From Octopus sinensis (lineage: Eukaryota): a DNA stretch of 64,000 nucleotides. Positions 51,450 to 62,878 of the stretch are shown here, in pieces. The notes beneath the pieces were generated by a model. The model did not search any database and was not told the origin of the DNA. It was given only the letters and a program-made list of their open reading frames with translations. The stretch covers positions 992,001 to 1,056,000 of the forward strand of contig NC_043022.1 of the NCBI RefSeq assembly GCF_006345805.1, in the 5' to 3' direction. Position 1 is the stretch's first letter. Each line of letters opens with the position of its first letter. The position numbers and the translations under genes were made by a program.

Positions 51450-52705
51450 TCCAGGTCATTCTACCAGAATTTAAAAGGTGTTTTTGCACCTGTGTCTGGT
51501 GGCTCAACTCCCATACTTTCAACTGAAGATAATCTTCTGATAGACAAAAAGGAAATCACAAAGTGTTGGGCAAAGCACTTTTCAAATGTTCTGAATAAGG
51601 ACTCAATTGTTGCTGAAGAACTGATCATCGACCTATCACAAAGGCCTGTCCTTGATGAACTGTCGGTCAGTCGCTCCATCAAATGCTGAAATAAAAAAGG
51701 CCATTAAAAAAAACAGTCCATGAATGGGAGGTCATCTGAGAACGATGGCAGACCAGCCAAGATATATGTCTTGCAAACAACTTGCACATACAAGTTCTAC
51801 CAGTCAAAATCTCCGCATACTGGAAGCCAGCAGGGGTCATCAGGAGAGAATGCACGCCGTTGACCCCATATGGTAGAAGTCTCCTGCTGAACAAGTTATA
51901 TGAACTCTTCTCCTTAACCTGGGAATCAGGATCAGTCACATAGGAATTCAAAGACGCTTCTATTGTCCATCTTTGCAAGCACCAAGGTAACAGATGTGAA
52001 TGTGACAACCATAGAGATATCTCCCTTTTGGGTGTTGCTGGGAAGATCTTTGGAAGGGTTACCTTAAACAGACTAAATGATCCCCTTGCCAGCTTAGTGT
52101 TGCCTGAATCTCAATGTGAATTTAAGGCTGGTAGAGGCATAGTGGATATGATTTTTAGCTTAAGGCAGCTGTAGGATAAGGCTCATGAGCACAACCAAGA
52201 CCTTTTTGTCCCCTTTGTAGATCTAAAGCTTTTGACAGAGTATCTAGGGATGCTCTTTGGGTCGTCCTTAGAAAGCTAGGTGTTTCAGAAAAGAAGCTCA
52301 ATGTCATAATTTCTTTCCATAAAGGGATGATGGCTTCTGTCAGATCTAGCAGTGAAGTGTCCAATTCATTCAAATGGCACAAAACAAGGCTGTATTCTTG
52401 CACCACTCTTATTTGCTTTGGAAACAGCATCTGAGGGTGTTAAAGGAGTAAAGTTTGAGTTCAGAACTGGGGGTGGCTTGTTCAACCAACAGAACTTCAA
52501 AGCAAAAACTAAGACTTTGGTGAAAACAGTTTAAGATTTGCTCTTCGTATATGATTGTGCATTTGTAGCACACACTCTTGAGGTCATGCAATGGATTCTA
52601 AAGAACTTCGCGTGTGCATCAAAGGGTTTTGGTCTGACCATCAGCATCAAGGAAACTGAGCTTGTCCATCAGCCCATTCGTGACCATCTTCCCGCTGCTG
52701 ACCCT
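51450..52705 (+). pseudogene. degenerate RTE/BovB-like LINE RT region
   Basis: KEITKCWAKHFSNVLN, EFKDASIVHL, DNHRDISLLGVAGKIF, LPESQCEF, KAFDRVSR, KQGCILAPLLF, LLFVYDCAF, FGLTISIKET; many stops and frameshifts. Confidence 0.92.
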
Positions 52706-52805
52706 ACTGTGTTATCTTCATTTAATGTCCATCTTCCAGGCTAGCATGGGTTGGACAGTTTGACAGGAGCTGACACACCAGAGGATTTTGCCAAGCTCTA
52801 CTTTT

Positions 52806-52843
<38 letters not shown>

Positions 52844-53745
52844 TACACACATGCCCAGATATATACACAATCAACCAGACATGAAAAAAAAATAGAAAGA
52901 AGAAAGGACTTTATCCTGATAGTCACAGACGCATATCATCAACTATGCTCCTCCCACTTTTAATTCACCATCCCCTTCAACTCCTTTCTCACCCTTTCCC
53001 TATATCTCTATCTCCTTCCTCCTCTCGCCCTCTAGATTATCATCCTTGACCTTTATTCTCTCACTGCAGCACCATTACAATTCTAACCACCCCCCACCCC
53101 CCACACACATATTCCTCTTGCTGTACCTCAGTTCACTCAACAAACTGCAGAGGCCACCAGAAAATGTCCTCCTCTCTTTTGTGAAATATTTCCTGTTGGC
53201 AGATGACTGTTGTATGATGTACAGAACATTGGAGTAAGAACATGTGACTGACATAGTGTGTGTGTGTGTCTATACACACACACACACACACACGCACATA
53301 CACACATGCCCAGATATATACACAATCAACCAGACATGAAAAGAAAAATAGAAAGAAGAAAGGACTTTATCCTGATAGTCACAGACGCATATCATCAACT
53401 ATGCTCCTCCCACTTTAATTCACCATCCCCTTCAACTCCTTTCTCACCCTTCCCTATATCTCTATCTCCTTCCTCCTCTCGCCCTCTAGATTATCATCCT
53501 TGACCTTTATTCTCTCACTGCAGCACCATTACAATTCTAACCTCCTCCCCACACACATATTCCTCTTGCTGTACCTCAGTTCACTCAACAAACTGCAGAG
53601 GCCACCAGAAAATGTCCTCCTCTCTTTTGTGAAATATTTCCTGTTGGCAGATGACTGTTGTATGATGTACAGAACATTGGAGTAAGAACATGTGACTGAC
53701 ATAGTGTGTGTGTGTGTCTATACACACACACACACACACACACAC
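52806..53745. repeat. tandem duplication, ~460-bp unit, bounded by (CA)n
   Basis: Two nearly identical blocks (ORF-track pairs at 53046 and 53500). Confidence 0.9.
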
Positions 53746-54153
53746 TTTTGATCAAAACTATCTACATACATACAAACAATCTATTTCTTTACTACCCACA
53801 AGGGGCTAAACACAGAGAGAACAAACAAGGACAGACAAATGGATTAAGTTGATTATATCGACCCCACTGCATAACTGGTACTTATTTAATCAACCCCGAA
53901 AGGATGAAAGGCAAAGTCGACCTCGGCGGAATTTGAATTCAGAACATAGCAGCAGACGAAATACCTATTTCTGTAGAAACTCTGCCAGATCAAAATTGGA
54001 GGCTGGTGCAGCCATCTGGCTCACCAGCCCTCAGTCAAAATCGTCCAACCCATGCTTGCATGGAAAGCGGACGGTAAACGATGATGATGATGATGATGAT
54101 GATGATAGCCTGAACAAAATAAGCTACCCCTATTTTGCAGGAAAAAGTGTTGG

Positions 54154-54229
54154 TGGCCAGCTATGAGACTCGAACTCACATCTCCGTGATTACGTGTCGC
54201 GGTGCTCTGAGCCATTAAGCTAAACCACC
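54154..54229 (-). tRNA. tRNA-Thr(CGT)-like sequence, probably a pseudogene
   Basis: D-arm TAGCTTAATGGCTCAGAGC, anticodon arm CGCGA-CACGTAA-TCACG, T-arm GTGAG-TTCGAGT-CTCAT. The acceptor stem is weak with an extra G; a T5 run lies just downstream. Confidence 0.55.
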
Positions 54230-55607
54230 CCACGCCACAAATTCTTCTGCAAATTTAAGATATATAGAAATCTTGCTCTATGAGACACTATCATACATTA
54301 AATTCAAATTCCGATGAATGTAAACAAACAATCGAAGTTTGCTTTAGAAGCGTTGAGATGCCTTAGACTGTCAAAGAAGTGATTTTAAATTCTCAGACAC
54401 AGGATAATGCTAATAATATAGCCTGAACAGGATAAGCTACCCCTTAACTTTCGAGGATGTGGGTAACCCACTTTGAATGATACTTATTTGGGTGCTGCCC
54501 TTTTGGGTCATCTGTATGAGCCTATATAGGGGTCAGGAGACAGCAAACTTAAGAGCTGTCCCAAGAGGCACACACATACTCTAGTTACATCAATGTCTCT
54601 GGCTGAGGATAATTTTTTTTTTTTACCTGATATCAGTCACAGAGGCCCTTAGAAAGGGACACGCATACCTCATTTTCTTCTGACTAAGCCTCAAAAATAA
54701 AAAAAACAAAAAAGAATAGAAAAAAAATATGGTTTTATAATCATCAACTCATTCTTGAAGAATTCAGAATTCAGTGCTGGTAAACTATTGCAGAAGATTA
54801 TTCCATTACTGTGGTGAAATAAAGGAAATTCTTAAGATATACGAAAAGAGTGAGGAATTTAAGAAGTTCTCTGTAACTATTGTACAGGAATTGAGAAGGA
54901 GAAGAAGAAAATAAGAATGTTGTTGTTGATGATGATGATGACGATGAAGATTATGATGACGAAGATGATGATAGTGATGATGATGATGACAATGACGATG
55001 ATGAAGACAATGATAATGATGGTGATGATGATGAATTGTAGAGTTTAGTTTGCTGATGAGGATTTTTGAGTTCAAATCCCACTGGGTTTTGGTATTGCAT
55101 TTCATCTCTGAAAACAAACGAAAACAACAACAGCAATATTAATGGTGATGATGATGATGATGATGATGATAGTAAAGGAAATTAGTGAGAAAGAAAGGAA
55201 AAAAAGAAAGAAAGAATGTAAAGAGAATCCTATCAACTGGCAAGAAATGGTGATGTTTGAGGCTGGGTGGAGGTTAGGGTGGGTGGGCATCTCCCAGCAA
55301 TGTTAAGCTTAAGGATATAATATGTAGCATCTGCTCGGTAATAGGTGTTTGGTTACACTGGGTCTCTCTCTCTCTCTCTCTCTCTCTACGTCTTGAATAT
55401 GTTGATTTTTATATCATACACTCTGGGTAGTTAACACAGGTGAATGCATCTTGTAATGATACACACAAGATACACACACATAGTCACACACACATGTGTA
55501 TTGGGAAACTGAATTTAAAATTCAAACATATTTGTGTATAATGGGGGTGTGTATGTGTGCATGTGTGTGTGTGTGTGTGTGTGTGTAAATATATGTGTGC
55601 AAATATA

Positions 55608-56888
55608 CAGGGTGCGATGAATAAACTGTCATTTAAATTGTGTAAAAATGAAAATAATACGAATGTCTCATTTCAACAGAGATATTTACCAAAATTACAT
55701 AAAAATATCTTGAAATACTAAAGAGTAAATTTATTCAATGAAATTGCCATTGGCTTCAACTACGGTCTTCAGACAACTTTGGAATCTCCTGCAACTCTTC
55801 TGGATGGTCTCCTTGTTTAAGTTGGTGAATGCTGCCATAATCCTTGGCTTCAGTTCATCTTTGGTGTTACAAGGAGTTTTGTTGGTCTCTCGCTCAACTG
55901 TGCCCCACACATAATAATGAAGGGGGCTGCAATCTAGGGAGTTAGGTAGCCAGATGTTAGGTGTGATGTGGTTGCAGAAATTGTCTGACAGCCATGACTG
56001 GGTTCTCCTGATTGTGTGGCATGGTGCAGAGTTCTGTTGCCAGGCATAGGGTCTTCCAGCAGCCACCCTCTTGACCCAGGGCAGCACTTCCTCCTCCAGG
56101 CACTTGATGAAGGCCTCTGCGTAGAATCTGATGCCATGTGGGAAGAGGAATGGAAGCATAAAATCACCATCACTAATGATCATTCCAAATACCATGATGT
56201 TGACTGGAATGCTTGGTTTTTATCACTCTCGGTCCATGTTTTGGGGACAGGGCAAGCCAATGGTTTTTCTGTGTTTTCACCATCTGATCCTGGAAGAAGT
56301 TTTTCTCATCTGAGGAAAACCATACCATGTTTCGTTGGAGGGGATGCTTGAGTTTGTTCCAAAGCTTCATAGTGCAGTCATTCCTCCTGTCCTCGATGGC
56401 CTGCGATAAAAATTGGCCCTTTCTCATTTTGTATGAGAAATACCGAATGTCTTCATACACATCCTGCCTGAAAAGAAACTCAGACATTCCCATATCTTAG
56501 GCAATGGACCAGATTGATTTGGAGGGATTGTTGTCAACAAATTCATGAGTTTTCTTATCAGAATGATCTGAGTGAGTTTTCCAAGCTGCCATACCTTCGT
56601 AATCACCATTAGACTCTTCCAACTCTTTCCAAATCCTCCGCACTGTCCTCAGATTGACACCCAAACACTCTGAAATGTTCATATTGGAGCTTCCAGCGTG
56701 AATACCAAGCAGTACAGAATGTCGTTTCCTAATTTCTGACAGAGAGAATTGCATCATGGTGCTGTTTTTCTCACAGACGGTGACCAACTGACCCTACTAT
56801 ACTATGTAGTCAACAAAATCAAAAACAAACAATGTGCATGTGTGAAATTTAAAATATAAAATGGTGACAATTTACCCATCACATCCTG
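55608..56888 (-). mobile_element. near full-length Tc1/mariner element, DD37D (maT/Bmmar1-like), degenerate
   Basis: TA-CAGGGTG..TIRs..CATCCTG-TA. Translated segments WSSDEKNF, VFGMIISDG, WQQNSAPCH, WLPNSLDCSPLHYYVWG, VVEANGNFIE; catalytic Asp positions mutated and frameshifts present. Confidence 0.88.
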
Positions 56889-57070
56889 TATATATACTTA
56901 TATAGCATATATATTAAATACAAATACATGCTTACTTACAGATAGGCACATGTATGTATGTATGTATATGAAATTGCGAGGATGATCCGGTTCTTGACTG
57001 AAGATTGGAGGCTTCGAATGTCCCGTCCGTGTTTTTTGTATCGTCTTCTAAATGTTTTGCGTTCTTGTCC

Positions 57071-57108
<38 letters not shown>

Positions 57109-57142
57109 TATATATATGTATGTATATATATATACATACATA

Positions 57143-57230
<88 letters not shown>

Positions 57231-57571
57231 GTACACACACGCTTAAATATATACATGCATACTCATATACATACAAATACACACATATATATATGTATTA
57301 TGTACATGTATGTATATATATATATAATATATATATATATACATACACACATCGTTCCATACAAAGTATATGTTTTCTAGATAAAAAATCTCCAGTAACA
57401 AGGAAATGCTAAAGAAATTAGAAAAAAAACCGATAACAGTATTTAAATGAGAAAGAGATGGACCAATGTCTTGGCTCAGGAATATATTAATGATATGTTA
57501 ATATATACATGTCTGTGTGACTGTGTGCATATGTATGTATGTATGTATGTGTATTTATTTTTTTGGTTATA

Positions 57572-57922
57572 CATGGTGTTCAAAAAGTCTCTCCGCAGTA
57601 AATATTTTCATTGCAAAATGAATATTTCTAAGATGGTATAAGACTACAAAAGAATATATTAGACTTTACAAGACTCTAAAAAACTTTATAAGAGGTTTTG
57701 AAAGTGTTGTCCTTCATTTTCAATGCATAAGTTGACTCTTCTACACATGTAGGCGCAGGAGTGGCTGTGGGGTAAGTAGCTTGCTAACCAACCACATGGT
57801 TGCGGGTTCAGTCCCACTGCGTGGCATCTTGGGCAAGTGTCTTCTGCTATAGCCCCGGGCCGACCAATGCCTTGTGAGTGGATTTGGTAGATGGAAACTG
57901 AAAGAAGCCTGTCGTATATATG

Positions 57923-57953
<31 letters not shown>

Positions 57954-58226
57954 TGTGTTTGTCCTCCTAGCATTGCTTGACAACCGATGCTGGTGTGTTT
58001 ATGTCCCCGTCACTTAGCGGTTCGGCAAAAGAGACCGATAGAATAAGTACTGGGCTTACAAAGAATAAGTCCCGGAGTCGATTTGCTCGACTAAAGGTGG
58101 TGCTCCAGCATGGCCGCAGTCAAATGACTGAAACAAGTAAAAGAGTAAAGAGAGTAAAAGAGAGTATGTCTCGAAATACATCTTGGAGAAAAAAATTCAC
58201 TGCGGAGAGACTTTTTGAACACCACA
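57572..58226. mobile_element. TA-flanked Tc1/mariner-type MITE carrying a SINE insertion
   Basis: TIR TGGTGTTCAAAAAGTCTCTCCGCAGT / ACTGCGGAGAGACTTTTTGAACACCA. Confidence 0.8.
57752..58160 (+). mobile_element. SINE family 1, full-length young reference copy
   Basis: Intact head, CpGs retained, AAAGAGT tail repeats. Confidence 0.92.
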
Positions 58227-58449
58227 TATAATGTGTACGTGCGATCCTGTGTGTAATTTTTTCTTTTTTTGGTAGGGGATATATGTGTATGAGTTTAGGA
58301 ATGTTTGTTATTTAATCCATACTTTAGAGTTAATTTGATATCTCTCATCCATTCTGGATCACGGGATATCCTCCTTGCTAGGATACCATGGTGGGCGTGT
58401 AATCTATATACATGCACATATATACACACATATACATATATACACACAC

Positions 58450-58484
<35 letters not shown>

Positions 58485-59333
58485 TACTTGTATATTTTTT
58501 TTGTTTTATCTTTACTTATTTCAGTCACTAGACTGTGGCCATGCTGGGGCACTGCCTTGAAGAATTTTTAGTCAAATATATTAACCCCAGGACTTTTTTT
58601 AAAGCCTGATTAGTGGTGGCTCATGTATAGGTACTATGGAACTGCAGTACCCCCTATAACCACTCGATATTATTGATAGCACCATTTGGGCGTGGCTGTT
58701 GCCAGTACCACCAAAATGGCACATAAAAGCGTAGAAACGCTGCCAGATCAGATTGGAGTCTGGTTCACCCGACCTCAGTCAAATCGTCCAACCCATGCTA
58801 GCATGGAAAGCAGACATTAGATGATGATGATGATGATTCAATATAACGAGTCCTTTTTTCTTTAATTCTTTCTTTATACTTGTACATTATATAATCCTTA
58901 AGCTTACCGTCAGTAGCCATCCCCTAGTTTATGGAAAAACACAAAAATCTGATGTCATCATAGAAATTAGCTGTGAATCACACCTGATATTCATTTCTTG
59001 GTTCACGAATTATCTCAGGTCAGATCTTTGGTTGGAATTACTTTTCATTGGTGTATGCCTATGTATTTCTGTCTAAGAGTGTTTGTGTGTATGTATATGC
59101 ATTTGTGTATATGTGTGTTTGTGCGTACGTGTGTACATGTGTTTGAGTTTTTTATGTTTTCTTTTTTTAATTTTTATCTATTTGTTGTCAGTTTATTATC
59201 AGTTGATGACCAGCAAGTCATCAGTTCTACACGACAGTTCTATATTTAGCTTAGTCATCATAAATTGTTGCTAACTTCAATGGGAATTCAAAGAAGCCTG
59301 TCGTGTATGTATATATATATATATATATATATA

Positions 59334-59720
59334 CTAGCAGTATCGCCCGGTGTTGCTTGGGTTTGTTTCGACCCTTTAGAATTGGAATTTTTAAAAAGTA
59401 AAAATTTTGCATTATGTATCTTGATATTCTCTTTAAGTGAATATTTTTCTGGTCGAAATACACCGAAAAATTGGCGACCCAGCAATAAAAAAAAATCATA
59501 AAAAATAGGGATTTTCATAGAAAAAAAAGCACCTTTTTGATGTAAATAATTTTTGGTGTTAACATGGTCTGATTTGAATTTTATCTTCTACGGAAGGAAG
59601 AGCAAGCCTTCTATCATACTCTCAATTTTGGTCAACTTGCGCTGCAGGGTCTCGGAGGAGATAGTGTTTGTTGAAGGCTACCAAACCTGCCATACACAGA
59701 CAACTTCAGCTTTTTATATA
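59334..59720 (-). mobile_element. non-autonomous Helitron-like element, second copy
   Basis: Homologous to 31804-32195; hairpin plus CTAG|T end; located in (TA)n. Confidence 0.75.
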
Positions 59721-60579
59721 TATATATATATCCTTTTTTTTTTTCAGGATTAAATAAAAAGACAACAAGTGGAAAATATGACGTACCTATATGTATAATT
59801 TAAAAAATCATGTAGTAAATAAACAAACATATACTAAATACACAGGCAGACAAAAAACATAGGTCACCAATTCTTCATCAGTTATCGGCCAGAGGCACCA
59901 AACGCAATTTCACCCACACACACACACACATATATATTTTCTCTTATTCTTTTCTCTTGAAGCATGTAGGCTTGAAACAAAAAAGACTTTTTCATTTTCC
60001 CAAGCGTCAAACTAATACACCTACTTGTTGTTCATAAACCTGTCTTCATCTTGGGTTTTTCTATAAATTTCAACTATATATATATAGGAAAAATTGCAAA
60101 AGGAGGTAAACACTCAAAATGTTATTAAATCATTTTTATCTTCATATCTCCTACACATGTTTCGATGGATGCATTCAAAATACATCCAACAGGATGAATA
60201 ATGGTCAGAGATGCATCAATCTCATCAAGGAGGATATAAACAACAGTGCTCATCAAATAGACATTTTAATAGATGTAAGAAGCCTCAGAAAATGTGACGC
60301 ATATATATGCATATGCACACACATACACACAACATATGTATGCATATACATATATATATATATATTTACACACGTATCTACATAGCTACATATATACACA
60401 TCCACACATAAGTATACATATATATAGATACACACATACACAAACACATATAATAATATCTTGAGCATGTATCTCATTTTTCAATCTTTCCTATTTTCTC
60501 CTAAATACTTGTTGCTTATCCCCGGAATCAAATCCCACACAAGTGTGACCATTGTTCCCTGGGACACTTAAGCAACATT

Positions 60580-60616
<37 letters not shown>

Positions 60617-60620
<4 letters not shown>

Positions 60621-60899
60621 GCAGTGTGGAAGGTGCTTATAAGCCATTTAAGAAACACACAAAAACCATTAGATTCACTTCAACATTTAAATTTAATTTG
60701 TCAAAACATTTTCGTCGATTTGAAACTGCAATCCGTTCACTGACAAAAATCCGTGCTACCAGGGAATTTTGTCAGTCGAGGTGAATCTAACGGTTTTTGT
60801 GTGCCTTTTAAATGACTTATTAGCACCTTCCACGCTGCAATTGTTTTTGTTTTAGCACACGATCTCAGATCAGGTCACTTGCTATGCAAGTACATCTCC
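60617..60899. mobile_element. head-to-head inverted pair of family F3 elements; hammerhead-like motif on the minus strand at 60697-60747
   Basis: Inverted arms. Minus strand reads TTTGTCA-GTGAACG-G-ATTGC..TCGAC-GAAA-ATGTT-T-TGACAAA. Confidence 0.75.
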
Positions 60900-61544
60900 G
60901 TAATGTGTGTGTGTTCGTCACCCCACCATTGCTGTTTACGACTCCGTAACATAGCGGTTCGGCCTAAGACTGATAGAATAAGTACTATGCTTACAAAGAA
61001 TAAATCCTGGGGTCAATTTGTTCGACTTAAGGTGGTGACCGAAACAAGTAAAAGAACCATCATACTGCAGGTTGTTTAAAAGAAAATAAAAGCGTTCATA
61101 ATTCTGTTCAATGGTGACCTTCCTAGTTTCCTGTCGCCTGAGTCATTAAAGCCGACACTACCCCCAACCTCCATTCTTAGTGGCCTTGTGCCTGTGTAAC
61201 GAAAAAATAAAGTTATTTCTCTATGCGTTCGTGTAAGTGTGTGTTGGGTATAACTTTAAAACAAACAAAAAATCATCATTAAATATGTTAATAACATACA
61301 TTAGCATAATGATATGTCAATAACATTAACATATATTACTTTCCATGTACACGTGTTTTTTTTAATTTTCGCGGCAGTTAGTCATGGTACTGTTGGTGGC
61401 AGCGGGGGTGGGGTGAGCTGGTGGGGGTGGGAGTAAAAGTGTTACTTCTTCCTCGAGTGTATCAGCTACATCTGTCTGACACGACTGAGGTTAAGAGATA
61501 TAGTTACGTAAGAAAGAAAGAAAGAGAGGGCTGGGAGAGATAGA

Positions 61545-62471
61545 GGATCTTTTCCTTTTGAACGGCACTTTGTAACATAATTTCTAGGTAACTAAATACT
61601 TTTAAACTTCGTATACTGGTAGAATGTGTTTATAAAACATCATTTTTTCTTGGCTTTATTGAGAAAATTCTATAGCTTGTAAGATATTTCGTCTTTAATT
61701 TCGAGCATTTCGGCAATTTTAACCAATCGCTGACGTCTAATTGAGGTGAAAATATTCTGTGCCGTATGAATATGTCCCTCCTTTAAGAAACAGATTGGGT
61801 TTATTTACATTTGTGAAGAAAAAAGATACCCTTCCCCAACCTCTAACCCTAAAATAGATTGAAATGCAATAGATCGATACTAGGGTCGTAATTACGGGCG
61901 ACAATTTCATTTGACACCGCAAGAAAAAAATCCCATTTTCCGTAGCGGTGTCGTATGAAATTGTCACCCATAATTATAACTCTAGTATCGATCTATTGCA
62001 TTTCAATCTATTTTAGATTTAGGGTTAGAGTTAGGGGTTGGGAAAGGGTATCTTTTTTTCTTCACAAATGTAAATAAACCCAATCTGTTTCTTAAAGGAG
62101 GTACATATTCCTTATGCACAGAATGTTATTTACCTAATTGGACGTCAGCGATTGGTTAAAATTGCCGAAATGCTCGAAATTAAAGACGAAATATCTTACA
62201 AACTATAGAATTTTCACAATAAAGCCAAGAGAAAATGATGTTTTATAAACACATTCTACCAGGATACGAAGTTTAAAACTTTTTAGTTACCTAGAAATTA
62301 TTACAAAATGCCGTTTAAAAGGAAAAGATCCAGAAAAAAGATACACTTCCCCCCACCCCTAACCCTAACATAGATTGAAATGCAATAGATCGATACCAGG
62401 GTCATAATTATGGGTGACAATTTCATATGACACCGCTAGAAAAAAAACTGCCGTTCAAACCGAAAAGATCC
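61545..62471. mobile_element. ~790-bp foldback of two inverted ~390-bp MITE copies plus a third partial copy
   Basis: Arms 61545-61920 and 61945-62331 are reverse complements. Termini GGATCTTTTCC..GAACGGCA; internal TTAGGG-like repeats; partial copy 62332-62471. Confidence 0.9.
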
Positions 62472-62711
62472 CGTATTGTTGTGTAGGCATTGGAACAGGT
62501 TTTCTGTACTTCGAAAAGTTTTCTGCGTTGTTCTTATCCTATCTTTATCCCCCATCGCTGCCTCCTTACATGCCATGACCCGGCATTCGGTCTGACGAGT
62601 TCCTCTTAAGTTAACTCCTAAAGTTCACTTGACACTTGGTTTTTCTATCTCCCACTGCAACTCCAGGCAACCGTCGTTTTCCTCCCACTACCAAATCCAT
62701 CGCGACATCAC

Positions 62712-62878
62712 ACGCACGTCCGCACACACATAAACACACTCTCTCCAATACGCGCACGTTCGCACACACATAAACACTCTCTCTCCAATACGCGCACGTC
62801 CGCACACACACACACACACTCTCTCCAATACGCGCACGTCCGCACACACACACTCTCTCCAATACGCGCACGTACACC
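62712..62878. repeat. ~38-bp minisatellite (4-5 units, CGCGCACGTCCGCACACAC..CTCTCTCCAATA)
   Basis: Direct inspection. Confidence 0.9.

Noticed and set aside
51800-51845. CTGATGA on the minus strand of the RTE insert as a ribozyme or C/D box
   Set aside because: No matching GAAA or stem III, and no terminal D box.
60140-60200. Decayed hammerhead-like motif on the minus strand (CTGTTGG..GATGTA/TGCATC..GAAACATGT)
   Set aside because: The core needs several edits and stem I is poor. It may be an old PLE remnant but cannot be supported.
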